This document shows positions 51,381 to 64,000 of a stretch of DNA of 64,000 nucleotides, piece after piece (position 1 is the first letter of the stretch; each line of letters begins with the position of its first letter). The position numbers and the translations under genes are program-made. Under the pieces are notes generated by a model. It was not told the DNA's origin. It saw only the letters and a list, made by a program, of their open reading frames with translations, and searched no databases. This stretch comes from Octopus sinensis (taxonomy: Eukaryota). The DNA lies in assembly GCF_006345805.1 (NCBI RefSeq), contig NC_042997.1, forward strand, positions 19,654,001-19,718,000. The letters run 5' to 3'.

Positions 51381-52008
51381 TTTATAATAATAATCTTGTT
51401 TGTGAAATATGGCAGGGGATATAAAATCTAAATTGATTTGGATATATGATGAAACACAGCAACAATAAATGCTAATACACTGCTTAATTTTGTACATACA
51501 ACATTTTCAATACCACAGAAATATGAGCCAATGGGGAAACGTCTATGTGGTTACTCAATCTGTTAGAAATAGCTGCTAAATCTCTTGAAAATCTCATATA
51601 CCATCTTAAATAAAGGTGCATTGAGCAATTTAATCCCTGACAAAAGTATATTAGAAGATGGGATGGTCACAGCTTGAATATATGTGATCAAAGCCTGCAT
51701 AATAGAGGATAATTTAATAAAAGATGAGCTGAGATTAAAGAACATCAACAATAGCAAGAAGTAGAATGAAAAGAAAACAGACAATATGGGAAATTGAAGC
51801 AGAGAAGCATCATCAAAACATTGTCAAAAATGTGAACACTTTTTGTTATGGTTCAATTTTTAGTGAAATATTTTGTTTCATATTATTATATTCATAGCAG
51901 CATGCATTCTCTCTTTTGCAAATGCATTGTTTTTACATATTATTTCATATTAACAAATACGTTTAAGAACATACGTCATGTGTTTTCACATGTAGCATAG
52001 CTTATGTA

Positions 52009-52071
<63 letters not shown>

Positions 52072-52759
52072 CATATACACTCACACTTCTCTATTTGTTT
52101 AGGGTTTAGCTTTATTTATTTCCCAAGGATATTCTTTTGCTGCTTCCAATGACGAATATGTTTAAAATACAGAGATGATATTCAGTTTCAACAGGAAAAA
52201 AAATATTTTAAACTATAAAAAAAATTTATTATTTTCTGTTTTCAGACTTTCAGCTTAAAACACCACAGAGCAAAAATATATGCAACTGAAGTAATATCTA
52301 TATTAGCAACTGTAGCATATCTTTCCAAACTAAGAGTGGATTATTTGATTATATTAATTAGCTACTGACAATATTGAAATAACTACCTGAGCAAAACAAT
52401 ATTATGTAATTGGCTGCAAGGTCTGCTCATCAAGCTAATTTGACAGAACAAATGCAAAGCAATTACCTCTTATATGACTACACATGTGGTGAGCTTATTC
52501 ACATTTCACTGTAGGAATATACTAAATGTGCAAAAAAAAATTATTACGAGTTGAGATGTTTACTTTACTAAAGAGGAAAAAGATACAAAATTGGTGTATT
52601 TGGTGCAGCATGGAATGAAATAGAGAAAAACATATTTGGTAGAGTTTCTAGTTGAATAAGAACAAATGTACCAATTATCTACAAAATCTAAACAGACTTT
52701 ATTTTTGATAATTATCAATTTAAGGATCAAAACCAAACTGCATCTCATCTAAGCAGACT

Positions 52760-53450
52760 CTCTTCCTAATTAGTTGGGCTATGACCCTCTCAATGACCTT
52801 TCATAATGGCTCTTCCAAGCTTCTTTCTTTTCTGAATCATTAAAAGCAAGTGCATCATCATCCATGTGGACACATTTCTCTCCTGTGACATCACAATTGC
52901 AATCCAGAATACTTCAGTTCTTTGGTCCACACGTCACTGGACATTGGCAAACTTCTTCTTTACTGCTTCGCCCTTGGCTATGTATACCTGCTGCCCAGCC
53001 TCCCTTTTGGCTATCTGGTATGGTTCCCTGCTACTCCCACCTTTCCAGGCTTTCCAGGCTTTCCAGGCCTGTTTCTTTGCTCTGATGGCTTTGTCTACTG
53101 CATTCCACCACCATGTTACTCTAGGTCTGGAAAGGACTTTGCACCAGCTGCAGACTTGGTCTGCAACACTTAGTAAGCTGTCTCATAAGAATTTCCAGCT
53201 ACCTTCTATGTCCAAGGAATGTAGTCTCTCCTCCCTCTCATCAAATTTCTTGATGAGGATGTCCCTAAATCTCTGACCATGTGAAGGGTTCTTTAGCTTC
53301 CAAATACTTCTCTTCTGGATTGGTCTGCTTCTAGGCATCCTCTTAGTCTTGAGTCGAAAGTCACTAATAACTAGTCTATTGTGGGAGGTGCATTCCTCAC
53401 TTGGGAGGGTCTTTGTATTTAAGAGCAACCCTGCATCCCACTGTCTGGTT
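52760..53450 (-). pseudogene. RTE LINE ORF2 relic (endonuclease C-terminus and linker)
   Basis: LPSEECTSHNRLVISDFRLK...SIWKLK resembles the RTE motif P.E.C..QHRLV..D. Confidence 0.7.
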
Positions 53451-55734
53451 TTTCAATGAGTATATTATCTGGTAGTTTATATATTCTGATATAATTTGTG
53501 CTTATCAATGATTAAATTCTCTTGTACCTCAGTAATTATGATTATTTTTCTGAAATGACATCACTTTACAAGCTTCTGAGCTTACACGTAGTGGCAGACA
53601 AAATACGGTCACGCATTTCGCCCGGCGTACTAACGTTTCTGCCAGCTCGCATCACTAATACCATTGATAAATGTATGATATCTTTTATTCTTCCCTAAAG
53701 TTAAGAATATTGTTCACTTTTGAGGATGAACAGAGAATTAAGAATCATGAATACCTGATACTTGATTATATTTTACTTGTTCTGATTAATTAAGATATTG
53801 AAAATATTTTATGGAACAAGCAAAATAAAAGAAAAATGAGTATTCACAGTTCTTTTGTATTTTTAGATGGCTCACAGTCTCTTCCATGATGTAAGACTGT
53901 TTCAATTTTAACTCAGTCTTAGATCAAGCCACTTGCCATACATTTTATAACTACATTATATAGTTTTACTATTTATCAAGAATTTTCAGTATGTTCATAA
54001 TACTTAAATGATATGTGCTACAACAACAGATTATTACTAATCTAACAGAAATTTACTTCTTACTGAAGTTTTTGTGGTAGTGATTAAAATATGCAAGAGA
54101 TTTTGAAGCTTACTTCTGCATAGCTTCCTTCAATATACCACAATACATAGAGCAAAACATTGCATTTAAAACACATAAAAAGACTCCTTATTAATTCATG
54201 CAAATTATTTGTGGAACTGTCAACATTTATTTAGTAAGCAAATAAGATATGCTAATCTGAAGTATTAAAGTCACACTTAACCAGCAATAGATATCATAAA
54301 TGATTGTTTCCTGTAATATCATAAAATTCTAAGCAGATCTAAGTATAATAAGTATATCATGTTTTCTATCCAATATTTTGGCATATACCACAATAAAGGT
54401 AATAATGATCATAGAGTAAATTATGTGACTCGCATATTATGTGTAGTAAGTGAAGTGATCATCAACATCATTGTTTCCAAGCTAGCATAAGTTGGCCAGT
54501 TTGATAGAAGCTGGCATGCTGGAGGACTGCACCAGACTCTAGTATTGATATGGTTTTCATAGTTGGATGCCCTTTCTAATGCCAACCACTTTACAGAGTG
54601 TACTGGGTACTTTTTTTACATGGCAGTAGCTTGGTTGCTGTTTTACATGGCACTAGCATGGATGCTTCTTATGTGGCACTGGCATGTGTGCCATTTATGT
54701 GATGTTAGCATAAGTGTTTTTTATGCCACCAGCACAGGTGCTTTTTACATGGAACTAGTACCTGTGGGGCCCTGCCAAGTGGCTTGCAAGACAAGAAAGT
54801 CTCAGCTGAGAGAGGAGAAGGAACTGAGAGAAGCAGTCATGTGCCAGGTGAGAGGTTGGAGTATGACAGAGGGTCAGGGCTAGCGGTCTTGCTACAGAGG
54901 AAACACTTGACTTCCCCAGTGGAACAAAAGAGGTAGGACAGAGAGAAAGCAAGGAAGGGAGAGAGAAAGAGGGAGAGAAGGAGAGAGAGACAGTCAGTGT
55001 GAGAAAATGAAGGCCTACCCACAAGGAACGGAGGTAAGTGTATAAGTAGCACAGAGTTGATAGAGAGAGAGTGAGGGGAAATATCTAGAGATAGGGAGTG
55101 ATATTGAGAGGAACTGGAGGGGCCTGCAGTGGATGGTGGGGGTTGGAGGAGTTAGTTGTAAGGGCTTTTTGCCAGAGGACAGAATTAAATGTGTGTGTGT
55201 GTGTGTGAAGTGGGTTATCGCCATAAAGAACATACATACTTATATGTATGGATGGCTATGATTTTACTTAGCTTGACTGTATGTTCTCAACAACAGTTAA
55301 TCATCAGAAGTCTTGCTCCCTTTTCATATCCTCTGTGAGGCTCATTGAGTCTACGCTTTCCACAGGTTCCCTCCACAGAGACCAGCACTTCTTTATGAAG
55401 TTATCCTCATCTATAAGCATCACATGACCATACCAGTGCAGTTTTCTCCCTTGCACACTACACCTGATGCCTCTAATACCCAATTTTTCTCTTAAATCAT
55501 TTACACTCTGTTGTACATGCACACTGATATGGACCATTCAGCAGAGAATGCTGACTTCATTTCTTTCAAGCCTTTGCATGTCCTCTGTAGACACAGCACG
55601 TGTTTCACTGCCATGTAGGATAGCTGTTCATACACAAGCATCATACTATCAACCTGAGAAATATTCATTTACTAAACTAGTGTACTTGGGAAAGACATAA
55701 ATAATCATTACACCCATTTTACCTTGTCAGGAAG

Positions 55735-56240
55735 TAAATTAAGTTAATCCTTTGATTGATAATTTTTAATACAAAGGGGTACATGAATTCATATGTTTCT
55801 CTTATGAAGATTTCATTATCTGATTATTTATTCATGTAAAATATTGTAATTTATAATATTACACACCTTCGGTATCTTGGGTATCTAAACTAAAGTTATT
55901 CTGCTTATGTAATTAAACTGAAAAGAGATTTAGGATATTTCTATAAAGAATATGTTTTACAAGTGCATAGTTGCATTCTTTAACATGGAAAATAGACCTC
56001 TTGTTCCATTACTGATTTAGTTTACAATTCCTGGACATGGTTAACCAAACTTATTAGATTTACACAAAAATAAACAGGAAAAGTAGCAAAAATAATTTGC
56101 TAGTTTATTAAATTAATTAACAGAATGTAATGTTTTTGTTAAAAATACAAATATATAAAAGGATGAAAATAAAGAAAAATTAGCAAATTAATGTTATGAC
56201 TGCAAAGAATATTGGTTAAATTCAACTTTGTGTAGTTTTG
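55735..56240 (+). repeat. Diverged ~0.5-kb direct duplication, copy 2
   Basis: See 50895-51380. Confidence 0.85.
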
Positions 56241-57448
56241 CTGATTTGTATTCTCAAGAACCTGATGGTATAAAACAAATTTCTAACAACTAGTTACAAC
56301 TCAAACTTTAATTTGACTCTGGTAATAACTTCACAACTTTTAATAGATGAAGTTGTTAAATAAAACTATTTCGTAGAAATAGAAGCTACATTTTGGTCAT
56401 ACTTCTTCTATCGTTTCATTTTTACAAAGCACAACTTAGTTTATTATAGTAATTTATTTTAAGTTTTCTTTTTAAACATTCTTCAAAATTTCCACAAACA
56501 CAACATTGATAAAGCATGTTACAGTATATTGTATTTGAAAGAATAGACTTTTTATTTGAAATTCATTTCCGTATATTAGGAAATGTAATCAAAATAAACC
56601 TATATTGGAATGATATAAAGCAAAATGTTCCTTGTAATACAAAAAAAAAATGTATTATTTAACTTGTTCTTTCCATTTTCTGTTTATTGTTGTAACATAT
56701 ATAGCAACATTTTCTGCAATACTATGAACTATCCAAAATAAAAATTTAACAATTAAATTAGTTTCTCAACCTAATATTTTATTTCTGTAGGTGTGTTTAT
56801 ATATGTAGGATATATTTTATGTCTGTTTACGTTTTCCTTGTAATGTTTAAATGAACAAAATTAATTCAGCTTCCGGACAAGATTTCTTTGTTTTTCTTTC
56901 TTTCTGAGCAGAGAGTAAAAACTTCACATAATTATCTTACAAAGATAGACAGGCAATGTTAAAGTTTTGATTTAATATTAAATACAATATCAAAAAATAA
57001 GAATCCTACAAGCAAGAAATAAGTTTAACAGAGTTAAAAATCTTAAGGGTAAAATGAGAAAACTTAATGAGAACTCACTTGATTAAATACTAACAAAATG
57101 ATAATGAAAGCCACTAGTTGTACATGTGTAGCACCAGTATTGACCACAACAATCAATACGAGAATACTTCTTATCAAATGCTTTCAGCTTCAGGTTTGAA
57201 AAATAATCATAATGTAAGATTATATTATTGAACTGTCAACATCATATTATATTCTGAAATATAAACTTCTTATCTCTCAAAAAACTGATTATCCAATTTA
57301 GGATAACTATATTTTATTTGATAATCTTAAGGCTATGTATACTTAAAAAGTCAATAAAAATTCTAACACTAAGAAAAATATGAATATAAATATGTGTGCA
57401 TATGTATGTATATGTGTACATGCATACATATGTTTTATATATATATGT

Positions 57449-57506
<58 letters not shown>

Positions 57507-57717
57507 TTTGTAGACATACATATATATGCATATAAACAAACATATGTATGTATTATTTGATACTATTATTTGAATTTTTATAATTGTATTTCACAATACA
57601 GGACTAGTTGAACAAAATATCCTTATATATAAATTGTATCAATCAGAAGAGACAAACTCTAAATATAATTTTAGGTCTCAAGCTTGGAGAAAAGACTCAA
57701 CAAATATTGCTTTATCC

Positions 57718-57759
<42 letters not shown>

Positions 57760-57982
57760 TTATAAGTGCCTGGCTTTTAGTAAAAGAAAATACTGAAGGA
57801 TCAGTTAATTATGATTTTATGCAACATATTCCCCTCTTAGATTTGCACATTTATTGTAGCGGTTTTTCAGTTTTTCTAAGCCCTCTAAGAGAACTCAGAA
57901 GGTTGGGCCTTCAGCAAAGCCTTTCATGATACTCTTAAAGCCTGGAACGTTTCACCAACCCCACATACATATATATATTTAG

Positions 57983-58024
<42 letters not shown>

Positions 58025-58227
58025 GTATGTATATATGTATTATTCATTAGTGATTTCAGAATCAGGGCTAAAAGGTACCTGTGGAAGAGGGAGACCCAGA
58101 AAGACATGGAATGAAGTTGTGAGAGATGATCTCAAGATGTTGGACCTCATGGAGTTGATAACAATGGACAGAAATGTCTGGTGATATGAAGTTCTTGAGA
58201 TGTACCCGGTGTATGCTATGGACACAT

Positions 58228-60598
58228 CATCATTCATCATTGTTCGACCGTGGTCAAGACAATGGAATTTACTATGTTACGCCAGACTTCATGGTCCATC
58301 ATAGCATTACGGAGGTCCTGTTGCTGGATGCCTATATCCCTGGAGATTACATCAGGGTAGGAGAGTGTGCGCCCTCTGGTATTGCAAGTAGATGGCTTCC
58401 AGAGGAGAAGAGTAGAAATTACTTCTTTTTCAGCTCTACAACAATGTCCAGCAAACAGGACTCTCCTACCTTTCACAAGAGATGACACAAGTGGTAGTTT
58501 CCCATATATTTGCATTTTGGTTGGATGGCGCTTCCACGAGAGATTTTGAGCTCTCATAAGGAGGCGAGTGTAGGTTCCATCCAACCGCCTCTCAAGCTTC
58601 TTTGATAACGTCCAGGTTTCTGAGCCATATAGTAGGATTGGTTCGACTGTGGCTTTGAATATTTCAAGTTTGAAGTCTCTACTTAGATTTGATGACCAGA
58701 TCTTATGCATGTCATTACAGGCTGACCAAGGCCATACCCTTTCTAGTTAGAAAGTCTTTTCCAGATGATGATATGTATGACCCAAGATATTTATAATCAG
58801 AAACCATATTTAAAGGCGCACTGTTGAGAGTGTGGATGATGCAATCACTGTTGGACAGGCACTTGTTTATGTATTCAGTTTTGGCTTCATTGAGGTAAAG
58901 ACCTACACAATTTGAGGCTTGTTCAAGAGATTGTAAAAGAGACTGGGCATTGGAGAGAGAATCACTGATAAGAGCGATGTCGTCAGCAAAGTCAGTGTCT
59001 GTCAAGTACTCAGCTGGGTGTCTGGAACTTCTTCTTGGTTTTATTTCAAAGCCCTTGCCAGAGATGGTATCAACTGACATACGTAGCACATAATCAACAA
59101 CAATGATGAAAAGAAATGGGGCAAGTGTGTCTCCCTGCAGTATTCCGGCTTTGATTGAGAAAGATGATGTTTCTCCATCAGGGGTTAAGATGGTTGAAGA
59201 CGTATCTGTGTAGAGGACCTTGATGGCAGAAATAATTTTGTCTGGTATCCCATAGAGCTTAAGGATTTCAAACATCTTGTACCTATCTACAGAATCGAAC
59301 GCTTTAGAAAAGTCTACAAATACCATTACAAGTTCGCGATTAAATGCTTTTGATTCTTCAATAAGTCTGTGCAGGCATAGTATCTGGCTCAGCGTTGAGC
59401 GCCCATGTCTGAATCCATTTTGGTTCTTTCGGAGCAAAGGTTCAACAAAAAGGACAAGACGATTTAGGATCAGTTTGTTGTACACTTTTGCAGCAATTGA
59501 CATTAGAGATATACCCCTGTAGTTGGTGACGAGGGACAAGTCGCTTTTTTGGGTATTGGAATGATTTGAGATTGGTGCCAAATCCTTGGAGCGACAAAGG
59601 TGGAAAGTGTGTGGTTGCAGAGGTTGAGCAAAAGTGTGTGAAATCTATCATCCTTCCAAATTACAGCTGGGATGTTGTCGGGACCAAATGCTTTCGAGGC
59701 TTTTAGTTGCTTGGTGGCTGCTGTTAGTTCAAATATGGTAAAAGGGGAGGTGTTGATGTCCAGCGTGTCTGATATAGGCACACTTGGAAGAGTGGGGTTA
59801 TCAGGGATTTTGGCATTCTTCCCAAGGAGGTTTTTAAAATGGGTTGACCAACTTTCTAAGCGCTTCTTAGCTGATCCCCCTTTAATTCTAATTGATGACC
59901 CAGAATTTTTGCCTGATAGGTCTTTGATGGATTTCCAGGCGAGATGGTGTTTTTTACTAATGTGCTCTTTCGATAGTTTACTAATTTTGCCATTGATAAA
60001 TTCGACCTCGGCGTTCAAGTAAGCCTCATCAAGATTCTTCCTGGCATCTATGAGTTGGATCTTCAGTGACTGGGATGGAGAACGGTGGTAAGCTAGTGAT
60101 ATAGACTTTAGATGGTTTCTGGCTTCGATGACATTTGGGGAATTAGAAGGTTTGCTCTGGCCCCTACTCTTCTTTTTGGGAAGAGTAGCCAGTGCAACTT
60201 CCTCTGTTGATTTGATGAGGCTGCTGTATACTTCCTCAATGTTCTCAGCATCTATTTCAGAATTAGACAGAGATTGAAATGTGTTATAGACCTCAATAGT
60301 AAATTGTTTGGACATATCGGGGTTAGATAAGACTTCCTCCCAGTCGATCATTTTGATCGGGTGAGGCTTAGTTTTTTTGGATGAGTGAAGACTAAGCTTA
60401 ATGGTAGCTGATACAATTCTGTGGTCAGAGCCGACAGAACTAAAGGAAGAGTAGGATCTCGAGTCTTTAACACTATTGCGCCATTTCTTTCGAAAGATGA
60501 GGTAGTCAATTTGTGCCCTATCACCAAGTGGGGACTCAAATGTCCAAAGTTGACCTTTTAGTTTCATAAAAGAATTGTTGGAGGTGTAGAGATTAAAT
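58228..60598 (-). mobile_element. Young 5'-truncated RTE-clade LINE with nearly intact ORF2 (APE C-terminus plus RT)
   Basis: ORFs of 354, 288 and 157 aa with QIDYLI...GSDHRIV, NYRGISL, QNGFR, FVDFSKAFDSV, GILQGDTLAPFLF, DFADDIAL and LLYGSETW. (ATG)n-type tail. 11-bp TSD tatggacacat at 58217-58227 and 60599-60609. Confidence 0.96.
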
Positions 60599-60609
60599 TA
60601 TGGACACAT

Positions 60610-61140
60610 AAGAGGTGGGCAAAGTTCAGAGAGCTCTTACCTCTGCTGGTAAGAAAAACCTCTTATTCAGAGTGAAAGCTAGACTCAATGATGCATGTGT
60701 GCAAACAACCATGCTACATGGCAGTGAAACATGTGACTGCTGAAGACATGTGCAAGCTTGAAAAATATGTAGCTAGTATGCTCAACTGGATGTGTAATGT
60801 CAGTGTGCATACATGACAGAGTGTAAGCACCCTGAGAGAAATGTTGGACATAAGAAGAATCAGATGTGGTGTACAAGAGAGACGACTGCAATGGTATGGT
60901 CATGTGTTGTATATGGATGAGGACAGCTGTGTGAAGAAGTGTCACACCCTAATAGTGGAGGGAACCTGTGGGTAGATCCAGGAAGACATGAGACGAGGTG
61001 ATGAAGCACGACCTTTGAACGTTGGGCTCACAGAGGCAATGACAAGTGACTGAGATCTTTGGAGATATGCTGTGCTTGAGAAGGCTCAGCAAGCCAAGTG
61101 AGATCATAGCCTTGGCTGATACCAGTGTCACATAACCAGC
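60610..61140 (+). pseudogene. Older RTE LINE ORF2 C-terminal relic
   Basis: gggcaaagttcagagagctcttacctctg (AKFRELLPL), atgctacatggcagtgaaacatg (MLHGSET), agactgcaatggtatggtcatgtg (RLQWYGHV). Confidence 0.8.
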
Positions 61141-62021
61141 TCATTTAAAAGTACTCTTCAACCGTTGGGCAATATGCTATGCTTGAGAAGACCTGTTGGG
61201 TCAAGTGAAATTGTAGTTGTGGCTAATGCCAGTGCCGCCTGACTGGCACCTGTACCAGTGGCACGTAAACTGCACCATTTGAGTTTGGTCGATGCCAGTG
61301 CCACCTGACCAGTTCCCATGCTGGTGGCATGTAAAAAGCACCATTCCAGATGGTCAATGCCAGTGCTGCCTCACTGGCTCCTGTGTAAAAAGCACCATTC
61401 AAGCATGGTCGATGCTAGTTCTGCCTGACTGTAATGGGTGCTTTTTACATGCCACCGGCACAGGGGCAAATGAGGCTGGCAAATGGCCATGATCGGTTGG
61501 TGCTTTTACATGTCACTGACACGGACGCCAGTCAGGCAGCGCTGGCAACTGCCCTGTTCGGATGGTGCTTTTAACATGTCACCAGCACGGGTATCTTAAC
61601 TACAATTTCCATTTGATTTTCATTATGATGTTGGTGTTAACGTACTTGACTCAATAGGTCTCCTCAAGAATAGGGGTCACTCTACGATCCAAGGTTAGCA
61701 CAGCAAGCTGTCCTGCAAGCCATGGACTCACTTCATTTGTTGGGTCTTTGAAGTCACAGCATATCTCCAGAGGTCTCGGTCTTTCATCATAGCCTCTGTG
61801 AGGCTCAACATATGAAGGTCATGCTTGACCACCTAGTCCTTTGTCTTCCTGGGTCTACCTCTACCCCGGATTCCTTCAACAGTTTGGGAGTGGAACTTCT
61901 TCACACATCTCTCCTCATCCATCCATAGTATATGACCATACCAACGCAAACGTCTCTCCTGCACGCTGCATCCAATGCTTCTTATGCCCAACATTTCTCT
62001 CAGGGCACATACATATATATA

Positions 62022-62273
62022 CAGGGTGTGCAAAAGTAGGCATACAGTTATGAAAAAAGAAACATGTACAATACACATTTATTTTTATCAAAAAAAAATA
62101 ATAAAAGTTAATATAAAAGTATTATTATAGTTATGATAAATATATTATTATAATTAATGACACAGAAAATATCAAAAATGAGTCTTACTAATTTAATGTG
62201 CTAATAATTTTAATGAATTAAATATTGTAACATTGATGCGATACTTGCTGTATACCTACTTCTGTACCCCCTG
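62022..62273. mobile_element. Tc1/mariner-type MITE
   Basis: TA-flanked TIRs cagggtgtgcaaaagtaggcatacag vs reverse complement cagggggtacagaagtaggtatacag, with an AT-rich interior. Confidence 0.75.
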
Positions 62274-62682
62274 TATATACTTTTATGCAAGGCTTTGTAG
62301 AGTTTCTATCATCTAAATTCACTCACAAGGCATTGATCAACCTAGGGTTAGAGAAGAAGACATTTGGTCCAGGGTACCACACAATTAGGCAATGAAATGA
62401 ACATAAAACTGCATAATGTGCGAAGTAAACTTTTAACCAAACAGCCAATCCCTCTGCCTCTGTGTGTGTGCCTCTGTGTGTGTGTGTGCCTCTGTATGTG
62501 TGTGTGTTTGTGTGTGTATGTGTGTGTGTATGTGTGTATGTGTGTGTGTGTGGACACATAGATATATCATGAATCATCATCACATCACCATCATTTAATG
62601 TCCATTTTAAGATCATGAAGTGACGATGGTGATAATGACTCATGATATATATATATATTCTATCATCTATCTATTTGTCATG

Positions 62683-62724
<42 letters not shown>

Positions 62725-63552
62725 AATGTGTGTGTATACAAATACATACATCCGTAAATATATGCATATACACATACACACACTCGTATCTATACACTGA
62801 GTGTACATATACACATGCACTAAAATAGCAAAAACATATGGTTACTCTCTACTGAAAAGATAATCTCAAGGAACTGAGATTAAACTAGATTAAGTTTGCT
62901 GACCTGATTACAATCATGTAATCAGAACTAAGATAATTGACCAAAAGAGAACATAGCAGAGAATGGATAGAACATACCTAGATTCTACTCAGCATCATAA
63001 ATGACTAAATGCTGTGTAACAGAATATGCAACATGATTCAAGAGTAACCATCTGTTCAGCTTTGCTTGTAGATAAATTCACTGCATCAAATCTGCAAAGA
63101 GAAAGTTGACAGTCATCTGTTACTGATTAGATCAGCTTAAATCATTTATTAGTCACTGTGATAATGCTATTTTTCTCCTCATCACATAAGTTTTAATACT
63201 CAATTAGATATTTATCTTTTCTTACATTAAATATGATGGTGGCATTCCTGAGTAATTTCCCTGAGTCATTATCGTTGGTGTAACTCACATCAGATTTTTT
63301 GCAAACAGCCACTTTTTATTTTAGGTGATTCAACACTTCAAACACATTCTCATAATTAAACTACTCCTATTTTTTTTATCAATATTCATGTCAGATTTTG
63401 TTTACATATATTTGAGCATCATTCAATATATGAGTGTATATATCTCATTTCCCCCTCCTCCTCCTCCTCCTTTACACTTCTGTCTCGTCTCCCCCCCACT
63501 CTCTCCCTCTCTTGCAATTTCTCTCTGTTGTGTTTCTTTGTTTTATAAAGAA

Positions 63553-63918
63553 CTAGCAGTATCACCCAGTGTTGCTTGGGTTTGTTTTGACCCTTTAGAA
63601 TTGGAATTTTTAAAAAGTAAAAATTTTGCATTATGCAACTTGTTATTCTCTTCAAGTGAACATTTTTTCAGTTGAAATACACCAAAAAATGGTGACACAG
63701 CAGTCAAAAATCGTAAAAAATAGGGATTTTCATAGAAAAAAAGCACCTTTTTGATGTAAATAATTTTTGGTGTTAACATGGTCCGATTTGAATTTTATTT
63801 TCTACAAAATGAAGAGCAAGCCTAATAAGTTAAGACCTGCAGGGTCTTGAAGGAGATAGTGTTAGTTGAAGGCTACCAACCTTCCACACACAGACAACTT
63901 CAGTGTTATATATATAGA
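63553..63918 (-). mobile_element. Non-autonomous Helitron
   Basis: On the minus strand: A/TCtatatatataacactgaagttgtctgtg 5' end and caaacccaagcaacactgggtgatactgCTAG/T 3' end, nearly the same end as 33160-33188. Confidence 0.85.
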
Positions 63919-64000
63919 TTTGCTACACACTACTTTCCATCTTTAATAATGAAACTTGGTTGATCCAAAAGTTAAACACACAGACACACAAGTTGAGTTT

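Overview
AT-rich, repeat-dense animal genomic DNA. By inference from the SINE, RTE and microsatellite content it is probably octopus or another cephalopod. There are no prokaryotic features and no CRISPR array. Most of the window is transposable-element debris: several tRNA-derived SINE families, RTE/CR1/R4-type LINE pieces (one young 2.4-kb RTE copy with an 11-bp TSD), three Penelope-like element (PLE) relics, a Gypsy relic, a full-length decayed mariner, a Chapaev-like transposase relic, MITEs and non-autonomous Helitrons. A few splice-site-bounded open segments suggest an unidentified + strand multi-exon gene, but I cannot name it. The most striking structure is three near-perfect foldback duplications (15521-16179, 16424-18217, 37535-37698). 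Each carries a different minimal type I hammerhead-ribozyme motif together with its own antisense copy, always in the same outward-pointing polarity. Two of these foldbacks, an RTE 5' UTR piece and an LTR-like direct repeat form a ~4.5-kb (TA)n-delimited block that appears to split one SINE into head and tail. PLE-linked hammerheads are a known class. Their activity here, and whether the foldbacks are real rather than assembly artefacts, are untested. Most long ORFs in the track are microsatellite artefacts.
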